A stretch of 39,840 nt of DNA from Candidatus Calditenuaceae archaeon HR02 (GTDB lineage Archaea > Thermoproteota > Nitrososphaeria_A > Caldarchaeales > Calditenuaceae), in contig BEHE01000017.1 in the NCBI GenBank assembly GCA_002898395.1, positions 1-39,840 of the forward strand, written 5' to 3'. The position numbers and the translations under genes were made by a program. The notes under the pieces are model-generated. The model did no database searches and had not been told where the DNA came from. It saw nothing but the letters and a program-made list of their open reading frames with translations. Within the stretch, counting starts at the first letter, position 1; every line of letters starts with the position of its first letter. This document shows positions 17,676-25,701 of this stretch, piece by piece.

Positions 17676-18712
17676 TGGATCTTGGCACCACATTCTGGGC
17701 AGAACTTGGCTCCGGGTTGGACTTGGTGGCCGTTGGGGCAGGTTGCCGAGAGCCTTGCTCCGCACTCGGGGCAGAACTTTGAGCCAGACGGTACTTCGTG
17801 CCCGTTGGGGCACATGACAGTGGTCTGCTGCGCGGGTTGGGGCTGCGGGCTTATTGTCTTGCCGCAGTTTCCGCAGAACTTGACGCCCTGTGGGTTTTGG
17901 AAGCCGCAGTGGGGGCAGATGATGAGGGCTGCCTGGGGTTGCTGTGCCGGCTGCTGGAATAGTGGCGGTATCACGGCTATCCCTGCGCCTACCGCGGCTC
18001 CCTGGCTCTGGGAGAGGGCCTCGGCTGTCTTGGTGACGGTCTGCATCCTGAGGACCTCCGCGGGGGAGACCCCCTGTCTCAGGAAGAATATCCTGTCCCT
18101 CCACTCCGGCGTTGTGTCGAGGCCCTCGAACTTCGCGTCTATCAGCTCGAGCCCGATCCTCTTGAAGGCTGCTCCAACCGTGTTCCTAGCTATGAAGCTG
18201 GCCTCGTCCAACCTGCCGTAGACGTCGGCGATGCTGTGCTGGCTGAGCTCGTCGATGAAGGACTCGTTGAAGTATCCCCTGAGGAACTCTTGGAGCTGCT
18301 CGGTCGTATATGCTCCTTGCGAGCCTACCACCTCTTGGACGAAGAGGTTGGGCTCGGAGACCCTGAACCAGAAGCTACCGAAGAACTTCAGGGGCGCCAG
18401 CTCCCTCGTCTGGCCCTGGGCCCCGAATTTTCCTTGGAACTGCTTGAGGGAGACGAATATGACCGTGGCCTTAAAGGGTACTCTGTCGTGCCCTGTGATG
18501 GCTGAAAGAATTTTTCCGAGAAGTGGCAGATTCGCGGTTGTTATGGTATGTCTTCCGGCCCTGAAGACGTCGTAGGCCTTCCCGTCCCTAAGGAAGACCG
18601 CCGCCTGCGACTCCTCAACTACGAGTGTGCTGCCCCACTCTACCTCGTCTATAGGATACCTCCAGACGATGTCGCCTTCCCTGGCGCCGACCCACTGGAT
18701 GACCTTGGGCAT
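17672..18712 (-). CDS. SPFH/Band7 (YdjI-like) protein with C-terminal zinc ribbons
   Basis: IVWRYP...GSTLVVEESQAAVFLRDGKAYDVF.AGRHTITTANLPLL. Tail has CPHC/CGNC and two CPNGH...FCPECG units. Confidence 0.9.
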   Translation of the reverse strand: MPKVIQWVGAREGDIVWRYPIDEVEWGSTLVVEESQAAVFLRDGKAYDVFRAGRHTITTANLPLLGKILSAITGHDRVPFKATVIFVSLKQFQGKFGAQGQTRELAPLKFFGSFWFRVSEPNLFVQEVVGSQGAYTTEQLQEFLRGYFNESFIDELSQHSIADVYGRLDEASFIARNTVGAAFKRIGLELIDAKFEGLDTTPEWRDRIFFLRQGVSPAEVLRMQTVTKTAEALSQSQGAAVGAGIAVIPPLFQQPAQQPQAALIICPHCGFQNPQGVKFCGNCGKTISPQPQPAQQTTVMCPNGHEVPSGSKFCPECGARLSATCPNGHQVQPGAKFCPECGAKIQ

Positions 18713-19248
18713 CAGTCGGTCACCTCTGTCAGACCTTTCAGTATGTTTGTCCTCTCGTCTATGAGTTTATCTATCTCTGAGACCGCGGACCTGAGTGCTC
18801 TCAGCTTTTCTCCCCACTCATCAGACCCAACCTCTTTCCCCACGAGCTCCGATGCCAATATCTTTACCCTCTCAGCCCTCTCTATCAGGGAGAGGTCATG
18901 GTCTATGACTGCGTCGAGCTTGTCCTCCTTTACCTTCACGGCGTCGAAGAGGCCAGCGTAGCCTGCTACTGCCTTGTCTATCCTCTGCGTTGCCCTGTCT
19001 ATCTCGGCCCTGAGGTTCTCGAAGGTGAACCTAGCCTCGGGGTCGTAGGCGAGCCTCCTAGCCGCTGCGGGGCTCATCGAGGAGTTGAGCATATCCTTGG
19101 CCTCGGCCAGTAGCGAGCTCACCTTCCTCCTAACCAGGATGTCAGTCTCCCTCCTCAGCTCCTTCTCCTTATACCCCCTATATCCAGGGATATAGCTCGC
19201 GATACGCTCGAGGATGCCCATCTCCCTCCTGACGCGCTCTACGCCCAT
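18712..19248 (-). CDS. Alpha-helical/coiled-coil protein of the SPFH operon
   Basis: 178 aa (alternative start 19221, MGILERIASYIPGYRGYKEKELRRETD). Charged and helical, TGATG overlap with SPFH. Confidence 0.82.
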   Translation of the reverse strand: MGVERVRREMGILERIASYIPGYRGYKEKELRRETDILVRRKVSSLLAEAKDMLNSSMSPAAARRLAYDPEARFTFENLRAEIDRATQRIDKAVAGYAGLFDAVKVKEDKLDAVIDHDLSLIERAERVKILASELVGKEVGSDEWGEKLRALRSAVSEIDKLIDERTNILKGLTEVTD

Positions 19249-19250
19249 AA

Positions 19251-20270
19251 CTATGCACCAGCTCGTGAGAAACGCCTCGTAGTTGAACTTAAGACTTGCG
19301 TCCCGACCTCTAGCGCGCTCTTGGCTTGGATGGTCTCAGCCGCCCTCGTGGGCTTGACGCCCCTCCAAAAGTATACTAGGGCGGCTCCGAGGAATCCTAG
19401 GAAGGCTGCAGCGGCGGCTACGAATCCGAGGGGCCAGAAGATAGAGGCTGCAGCGACGCCTGCGGCTAAGTGGGCTGCGCCTAGGCCCACGTATCCAGCC
19501 TTCTCGAGTATGTCCGGAGGGTAGGTTGCCTCTATGATCCTCGCGGACGAGGCGTCGATGAGAGCCCTATACTTCCTGTTCTTGAACTCGTAAATCACTT
19601 CCCAGATCGGTATGTATACCAGCGCTAGGTCCGAGACCTCCATCTCGTCGCTCCTCGACTTGACTTCGACTATCTCCCTGCTTATCAGCTTGGTAAGCTC
19701 TGAGGTCGCCATCTGTCTTATCAGGGCATCTGCCTCGCTCCTTGGAACAGTGGCTCCGTGGAGAATCCCCCCCTTCTGCCTGACGTACTCGTGACTGAAG
19801 TATAGCCTCCTCCTCGAGACGGCTGTGATCCCCTCAACCTTAACCTCGCCGGAAGCGGGTATGGCTACCTCCATGAACCTCTCAAAGGACCCTGACTCTT
19901 CCCTCAGGACGATCTTCATGCTCCTGTATCCGAGGGCGTCGGGCGAGGAGAACTTGGCGTCTTCTCCGAGCCCCGTGAAGGTGGTCTTCGCCCTGACCGT
20001 CGCGGTCCAGAAGGGGAGGAAGTGGAGCTTCACGTCTATCAGATTGATGTGAAATGGCATCGACTCCTCGTATCCTGTCTGCTTTTTCACCCAGAGGATA
20101 AAGTTCTCTATCGCGGCGCTGCTGTCGTAGTAGACCGGGAAAACGAATCTCTTCTCTTCTTTAAATGTCCTGAAGGAGGTTCCGCAGTAGCTGCACTTTA
20201 TCGCGACGTCCTCCTCGCTGGCGCTATGGGGGGCGCCGCATCCGGGGCACTGGTAGATAACGGTCTCCAT
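19251..20270 (-). CDS. Zinc-ribbon membrane protein (YdjG-like), paralogue 2
   Basis: Likely start ATG at 20270 (TGATG overlap). CPGCGA...CSYCG, LPFW and YIPIW motifs, two C-terminal TM helices. Confidence 0.82.
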   Translation of the reverse strand: METVIYQCPGCGAPHSASEEDVAIKCSYCGTSFRTFKEEKRFVFPVYYDSSAAIENFILWVKKQTGYEESMPFHINLIDVKLHFLPFWTATVRAKTTFTGLGEDAKFSSPDALGYRSMKIVLREESGSFERFMEVAIPASGEVKVEGITAVSRRRLYFSHEYVRQKGGILHGATVPRSEADALIRQMATSELTKLISREIVEVKSRSDEMEVSDLALVYIPIWEVIYEFKNRKYRALIDASSARIIEATYPPDILEKAGYVGLGAAHLAAGVAAASIFWPLGFVAAAAAFLGFLGAALVYFWRGVKPTRAAETIQAKSALEVGTQVLSSTTRRFSRAGA

Positions 20271-21259
20271 CAGAGACCACCCAGAACCCTTACATCCGCC
20301 TCGCCGGCCGACTTCAACACCCTGTGCTCCTGAGTCGCGGTGTAGGCCCCGAACGCACCAGCGGCCGTGGCGAGCAGGGGAGGGCCGGCCGTGACTGCCA
20401 GCCAAACCTCAACTGGCAAGTCCTCCACAAACGCTATCTGCTGGAGAACCACCGCGGCCAGCGATATTGCCAGTACTGAGGCGACAGCGGCGGCTGCCCG
20501 GGCGGCTCTACCCCTCACGGTGATGGGTAGCTCCGCGACAAGAGGCCTGGCAGTCCCCCTCGCACCATCCATACAGACTCTATATGACTTGCCGCCAGAC
20601 TCGTACCGGGCCTCTACTACTGGGTGGAGGATGAGCCTCGCAGCCCTCGCCTCAGCATCTGTGTAGCAGTCGAAGACCTTTGTCGCCATCTCCTCGACTC
20701 TCCTCCTATGCTCATCAGCTACCCGGCTCTTTGCGGCCTCAATGGCCTCCACCTCGTCAAGCTCTGAGCCGATCACGCTCCAGCCCTTAACCATCTCAGG
20801 GTTGAAGGGTTGAGCCGCCTCGAACCTCGAGAGGAGGATGGATTTTACTTGGCTCAGCCCAAAGATACCCTCGAACCTCCTTCCATAGACTGCGACTGCC
20901 ACCCGCTCCCGGATCGTGCCCCTCAGGGGTCTATATTCACGGTACAGGGACTTGCCCTTGTACCCCGTCTCCTCAGCGTATCCATTATACTTTGTCACCG
21001 CCTCCAACTCTACGATCCAGAAAGGGACGACGAGATACTTCACGTCCTTTAGAACCCCGCTTCTCGCCTTCTCTCCGACGAAGCGCTCCAGGGCGCTCCG
21101 GATGACCCCCTTATCCTCACACTCCACTATCAGCGGCGTGAAAGTACCTCCCACATACGAGACGCTCGCACCACAGTATCCACAAACCAGTACCACCGTG
21201 TCTGGCGAGAGCTCAATAGGCGCCCCACAGTTAGGGCACCTATTATCATCCTCATCCAA
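20270..21259 (-). CDS. Zinc-ribbon membrane protein (YdjG-like), paralogue 1
   Basis: CPNCGA...CGYCG, VPFW, LHPV...Y...DG, two C-terminal TM helices. Same architecture as the downstream gene. Confidence 0.82.
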   Translation of the reverse strand: MDEDDNRCPNCGAPIELSPDTVVLVCGYCGASVSYVGGTFTPLIVECEDKGVIRSALERFVGEKARSGVLKDVKYLVVPFWIVELEAVTKYNGYAEETGYKGKSLYREYRPLRGTIRERVAVAVYGRRFEGIFGLSQVKSILLSRFEAAQPFNPEMVKGWSVIGSELDEVEAIEAAKSRVADEHRRRVEEMATKVFDCYTDAEARAARLILHPVVEARYESGGKSYRVCMDGARGTARPLVAELPITVRGRAARAAAAVASVLAISLAAVVLQQIAFVEDLPVEVWLAVTAGPPLLATAAGAFGAYTATQEHRVLKSAGEADVRVLGGL

Positions 21260-21453
21260 CCCCTATCCACCTTAACATGCCTTGCATAAACGGTGATAGA
21301 TAAGCATAAGCGGTTCATAGCCGGACACCATTTAAGCACTAAGATCATCCTCCAAACCTTAAGGACAAGCCATCCTCAGAGAATCGTGGCATCGTGGATT
21401 TATGCAATGGATGCGATAATACATATAAATCAGCGGCGCCTGAAGGGTGTTAG

Positions 21454-22866
21454 ATGAAAGTTTTAGACAGCAGAAGAGAAGAGCCGGAAGAGTTTAGTCC
21501 ATTACACGGCAACAAAGTGTACATGTATGTCTGCGGACCAACCACGTATGATTACTCCCACATCGGCCACGCCCGCACATACGTTGCATACGACGTCATT
21601 GCCAGATATCTAAGGTATAAGGGGTACACGGTCTTTTTCCTGATGAATATAACGGATGTCGATGATAAGATAATTGAGCGGGCGGCGGAGGAGGGTGTAG
21701 CTCCCCTCCAGCTTGCAAGGAGGTTTGAGGGATACTTCATGGAGGACCTCAGAGCTCTGGGGATAACCTCGATAAACTATTTCGCGAGGGCCTCTGAATA
21801 CATGTCCGAGATCATTCACCTGATAGAGGCGCTTCTGGAGAAAGGCTATGCCTATGAGACGAGTAGTGGAGTGTTCTACAATGTTGAGAGGTTCCAGCAT
21901 TACGGAGAGCTATCTAGGAGGAGGCTTGAGGAGCTTAAGGTCCACAGGGTAGAGCCAGACCCGACCAAGCGGCACCCCGTGGACTTCGCGCTGTGGAAGA
22001 AGAGGGACACCAGTGAGTTTGGCTGGGACTCGCCCTGGGGCTATGGGAGACCAGGCTGGCATGTCGAGGATGTGGCTATCATCCTCTCGCACGTTGGGGC
22101 GCAGCTCGATATCCACGGAGGCGCCATAGAGCTTGTGTTCCCCCACCACGAGGCCGAGGTCGCCCTAGCCGAGGCAGCAACAGGTGTCCGACCATTCTCA
22201 AAGTACTGGCTGCACACAGGCCTCCTCACAGTCTCCGGCGTCAAGATGTCCAAGTCACTGGGCAACTTCATAACCATCAGAGACGCCCTGCAGCGCGTTG
22301 ACGCAGAGACCCTACGCCTCTATTTCCTGATGTCCCACTACAGGAGCCCGATCGACTTCAGCTGGCAGAAGCTAGGCCAGGCCGAGGCCTCTCTCCGATA
22401 CCTCTACGGAGCTCTAGAACAGCTGGCCGGCGCGCCCGAGGCGGACAAGGCAAGTGGAGGCGAGGTGGAGATCCTCACCACCGTCGCTAAGTTGAGGTCG
22501 TGCTTCCTAGCGGCTATGGACAACGACTTCAACACACCTGAGGCCCTGGCGAGGCTCTTCGAAATGGCCAGGGAGGTTAGCAGGCTGATTAGCGCCCAGC
22601 ACTCGGTTAGTAGTGAGACGAAAAGGCAGGTCCTATCTACCTTCAGGGAGCTCGGAGGCATACTAGGCATACTCCAAAAAGAGGTTGAGAGGCCTACGAA
22701 GACGCCTGTCAACGACCTAGTTCAGCTAATAGTCGAGGTCAGGAGCGAGTTGAGGAGGAATAAGCAGTACGAGCTTGCCGACAGGATCCGTGAGGGCTTA
22801 GGTCGTCTAGGAATCATCCTCGAAGACACCGATACAGGCACCAAGTGGAGGCAGGCCCGCATCTAG
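21454..22866 (+). CDS. cysS: Cysteine--tRNA ligase
   Basis: YVCGPTTYDYSHIGHAR, NITDVDDKII, DFALWK, GRPGWH, FPHHE, KMSKSLGN, DDF/NDFNTP region, ADRIR. Confidence 0.96.
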   Translation: MKVLDSRREEPEEFSPLHGNKVYMYVCGPTTYDYSHIGHARTYVAYDVIARYLRYKGYTVFFLMNITDVDDKIIERAAEEGVAPLQLARRFEGYFMEDLRALGITSINYFARASEYMSEIIHLIEALLEKGYAYETSSGVFYNVERFQHYGELSRRRLEELKVHRVEPDPTKRHPVDFALWKKRDTSEFGWDSPWGYGRPGWHVEDVAIILSHVGAQLDIHGGAIELVFPHHEAEVALAEAATGVRPFSKYWLHTGLLTVSGVKMSKSLGNFITIRDALQRVDAETLRLYFLMSHYRSPIDFSWQKLGQAEASLRYLYGALEQLAGAPEADKASGGEVEILTTVAKLRSCFLAAMDNDFNTPEALARLFEMAREVSRLISAQHSVSSETKRQVLSTFRELGGILGILQKEVERPTKTPVNDLVQLIVEVRSELRRNKQYELADRIREGLGRLGIILEDTDTGTKWRQARI

Positions 22867-22952
22867 CCTCAACACTGAGCACCCACCATCGGGAGCGTGG
22901 GACCGAAAGCTTAACAGGGGGTCCCCGCGCCCCCAATATTGGTGGTGGCTGG

Positions 22953-23525
22953 TTGAGGAAGAGCGCCGGAATCCTTCTATACCGGAGGAAAAATGGGGGC
23001 ATAGAGGTCTTCCTCGTCCACCCGGGCGGCCCCTTCTGGTCGGGGAAGGATGATGGGGCCTGGTCGATCCCTAAGGGCCTGATAGAGGAAGGTGAGGATC
23101 CTCTCGAAACCGCTAGGAGGGAATTTAGAGAGGAAACAGGATTCGAGGTGGATGGAGAGTTCATAAGCCTCGGGGAGGTGCGCCTCTCCAGCGGAAAGAT
23201 AATCCAGGCATGGGCCCTTGAAGGCAGCATAGACGCCGAAAAAGTCACCAGCAACAAATTCGCGATGGAGTGGCCCAAAGGATCGGGGAAGACTCAGGAG
23301 TTCCCAGAGGTAGACAAGGCTGCCTGGTTTAGCCTAGAGGAGGCAGCCAAGAAGATCCATAAGGGCCAGCTCGAGCTCCTAAACAGGCTCAGAAAAATCC
23401 TACAAGAGAGGAAGGAGCCGAGGAATGCAGTGGAGAGGCAGCAACTACTCGGCAGATTCCAACTAAAAACGGCTGAAAAAGGGCCTAATATTGGATGTAT
23501 GGTTTTTATCACACCTACTTATTAG
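22953..23525 (+). CDS. NUDIX hydrolase (bacterial-type predicted NTP pyrophosphohydrolase)
   Basis: Likely TTG start at 22953 after GGTGGTGG. SAGILLYRR, LVHPGGPFW, WSIPKG, Nudix box GLIEEGEDPLETARREFREETG, FPEVDKAAWF. Confidence 0.88.
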   Translation: MRKSAGILLYRRKNGGIEVFLVHPGGPFWSGKDDGAWSIPKGLIEEGEDPLETARREFREETGFEVDGEFISLGEVRLSSGKIIQAWALEGSIDAEKVTSNKFAMEWPKGSGKTQEFPEVDKAAWFSLEEAAKKIHKGQLELLNRLRKILQERKEPRNAVERQQLLGRFQLKTAEKGPNIGCMVFITPTY

Positions 23526-23568
23526 TGGCTTTACAGGCTCATACACTCCCCGGAGGACTGCATGTCAG

Positions 23569-24447
23569 TTGGATGGCACGAAACTCCCAGAATACTGGGA
23601 CTGGGTTGCAGAACACTCATTCCATCTAAGACAACGCAGCTCCTCCATAACCGACATCTATTACAGGAAACTCATTCTCACACTAATCAACCAGCTAGGC
23701 TCAGGCTGCTGGAAGAGAATCCTCAAGCTTGATGCATATAACGAGGCCACCAACACGCAATACGGTCTTTATCTCGTAAAAGATGGTGGGGAACTCATAC
23801 TTGTCGACATCTCGCTTGGAATAGCTATGAAGGCTCTTGTGAAGGCTGCGGAGAAGGGGCTTAGCCACAGCGTCCATCTCATAGTGGCGGATTTTCGTAT
23901 GATGCCCCTACGCCCCGAATGTGTGGACATGTCATGTAGCTTTGGTAGTATAGAGCATGTTCCTGAATATAACTTGGCATTCTATGAGCAGGTTCGCGTG
24001 GTCAGGGAGGGTGGCGAAGTATTCGTAGGAGTCCCAAATCTTCTCAACTTCTCGCTGAGGGCCCTCTCAGCAAAGATGCTCCATATAATGGGCCTTATGA
24101 AGAAGATGACCAACCCGGAAAGACACTTCGTCGGCTCTCAGCTTATATCCCTCGCGAAGAGCCTAAACTTAGCCAACATATACTTCACTGGTTATCACCT
24201 CTTCCCTAAGCAGCTCAGATGGCTAGACTTGTGGATGGAGTATAGGGGCGTAGATAAGCTGAAGAGAAGTCGTCTCTTCCGCTGGCTCCTAAAGGCATTC
24301 ACGTTAATGGAGCTGAGATACCCCTTCGCAAGGATCTTCGCTGAGATGATTATCGTTAAAGGTGTTAAAAGATGGGGACGGGATACAGGGCAGCGAAGTT
24401 CACCAGGTGAAGCAATAGGTATAGGCCAGCGGCCCCGGTCCACCTGA
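23569..24447 (+). CDS. Class I SAM-dependent methyltransferase
   Basis: Likely TTG start after GGAGG. LVDIS, ADFRMMPL, FGSIEHV, VVREGG...VPN. Motif I atypical (LKLDAYNEA). Confidence 0.78.
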   Translation: MDGTKLPEYWDWVAEHSFHLRQRSSSITDIYYRKLILTLINQLGSGCWKRILKLDAYNEATNTQYGLYLVKDGGELILVDISLGIAMKALVKAAEKGLSHSVHLIVADFRMMPLRPECVDMSCSFGSIEHVPEYNLAFYEQVRVVREGGEVFVGVPNLLNFSLRALSAKMLHIMGLMKKMTNPERHFVGSQLISLAKSLNLANIYFTGYHLFPKQLRWLDLWMEYRGVDKLKRSRLFRWLLKAFTLMELRYPFARIFAEMIIVKGVKRWGRDTGQRSSPGEAIGIGQRPRST

Positions 24448-25612
24448 CCTTTTGGGTTGCCCACTCTTCATTGACGCGGGTTCCAAGATACTGTGAAATA
24501 GCTATGATGACTGGGGGGAGAAGTGGCAATAAATAAAAGAGATAGATGAGGCCCCTGAAGACAGAGTTAACGACAATCCAGCCTAACAGCCCACCAAACC
24601 AGTAAAAAACTATGAACATTGCAGTCGGGTCATGTATTGACCTAAGGAGAGAATAGACCATTATGGGGAGCATGAAAATAATTATTGTCCAGCTAACTTG
24701 AACAAAATAGGCGTATAAGGCACTAGGCGTAATTAAGGGGCCTGTGACTATGTTGGCCGGGTTTAGACCTGAGCCTGGCCGCACCTCCACTGCCTTTGTC
24801 ACGGGGTAGTTGAAGAACCACTGCCAGATCTCGCTCCGACCGACTGCTCTGGGATTACTTATGCTCAGCCGTGAAAACATTAGCATTATCCTTTCCACAA
24901 TATTAGACGCTTTGGGAACCAATAAAACCCACTCCAAGAAATACCACAGCGCAACAATCGAACCACCAGTAGCCGCAAACGAAAAAAGAACGGTCTTCCA
25001 GTCGTATCTCAGCACCTGCCTCCTCATCCTCTTCCTTTCCACTCTTAAACCCATGTAAAACAACAGGGGGACAACTACCACTAGTGCGGCCTCTTTAGAG
25101 AGGAATGAGGCGGCGAAAAAAGGTGCTGAGAATATCTTTCGATTAGGACGATCATCGAGTAGAAAGTATATTCCGGCTAGTAGGAATACGAGCATAAATA
25201 TGTCTATGCGTGCAACCCTCGAGAAGTAAAAGGTCAGCGTCTCGAAGGCAAATAGAAAAGAGGCTATCGTAGAGGCGAATTCCATCTCTTTTCTGCCGCT
25301 GAGTAAACGCCTTATCGTTAGATAGAATAATGGAATAGCAGCTGTTCCCGCTACGGCGGACATAATGCGCCAGCCGAATGGTTGATCACCGAATATAAGG
25401 ATCCCGAGCGCAATCAGCATTTTACCTAAGGGCGGATGCCCGACCCGTGGATCAGTAGGAACCCCCACCTCACCCAGTCCAAGTATGCTTCTCGCAGCGG
25501 GCACATAGTACACCTCGTCACCAATCAGCTTGTCAGGAATATCAAGTCTATACACCCTCAAGAGTAAAGAGAGGCCAGCCAAAACTATGATGTAAATAGT
25601 CGAGCGCCTCAA
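24365..25612 (-). CDS. PMT/GT39 dolichyl-phosphate-mannose protein mannosyltransferase-like membrane glycosyltransferase
   Basis: DEVYYV, HPPLGK, FGWR, SRVARIDIF and multiple TM helices. Confidence 0.85.
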   Translation of the reverse strand: MRRSTIYIIVLAGLSLLLRVYRLDIPDKLIGDEVYYVPAARSILGLGEVGVPTDPRVGHPPLGKMLIALGILIFGDQPFGWRIMSAVAGTAAIPLFYLTIRRLLSGRKEMEFASTIASFLFAFETLTFYFSRVARIDIFMLVFLLAGIYFLLDDRPNRKIFSAPFFAASFLSKEAALVVVVPLLFYMGLRVERKRMRRQVLRYDWKTVLFSFAATGGSIVALWYFLEWVLLVPKASNIVERIMLMFSRLSISNPRAVGRSEIWQWFFNYPVTKAVEVRPGSGLNPANIVTGPLITPSALYAYFVQVSWTIIIFMLPIMVYSLLRSIHDPTAMFIVFYWFGGLLGWIVVNSVFRGLIYLFYLLPLLPPVIIAISQYLGTRVNEEWATQKVRWTGAAGLYLLLHLVNFAALYPVPIF

Positions 25613-25701
25613 ATCCTTCGTAGGGAATTAGTGCGTATCCTTAAAAATCTAATTGCCAAGCCGACGCCCCATCTCGAATCAATCTAACAATAGTGGTGGC
25701 C

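Noticed and set aside
17676-18104. N-terminal 143 aa of the 252-aa ORF 17346-18104
   Set aside because: Alternate frame of the SPFH gene. The membrane protein most likely starts at ATG 17675.
20271-20405. N-terminal extension of ORF 19251-20405
   Set aside because: Overlaps the upstream paralogue. The TGATG coupling puts the start at 20270.
21327-21341. TAGCCGGACACCAT resembles the IS6 terminus at 32359
   Set aside because: Short partial match with no transposase remnant recognised, so it may be chance.
324-22712. Numerous antisense and alternate-frame ORFs overlapping core genes
   Set aside because: Ser/Pro/Leu-rich shadow ORFs expected opposite GC-rich coding sequence, with no motifs.
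22891-22934. Possible SECIS element after cysS
   Set aside because: No in-frame UGA selenoprotein candidate nearby and the stem lacks a clear GAA/A or AUGA/GA core.
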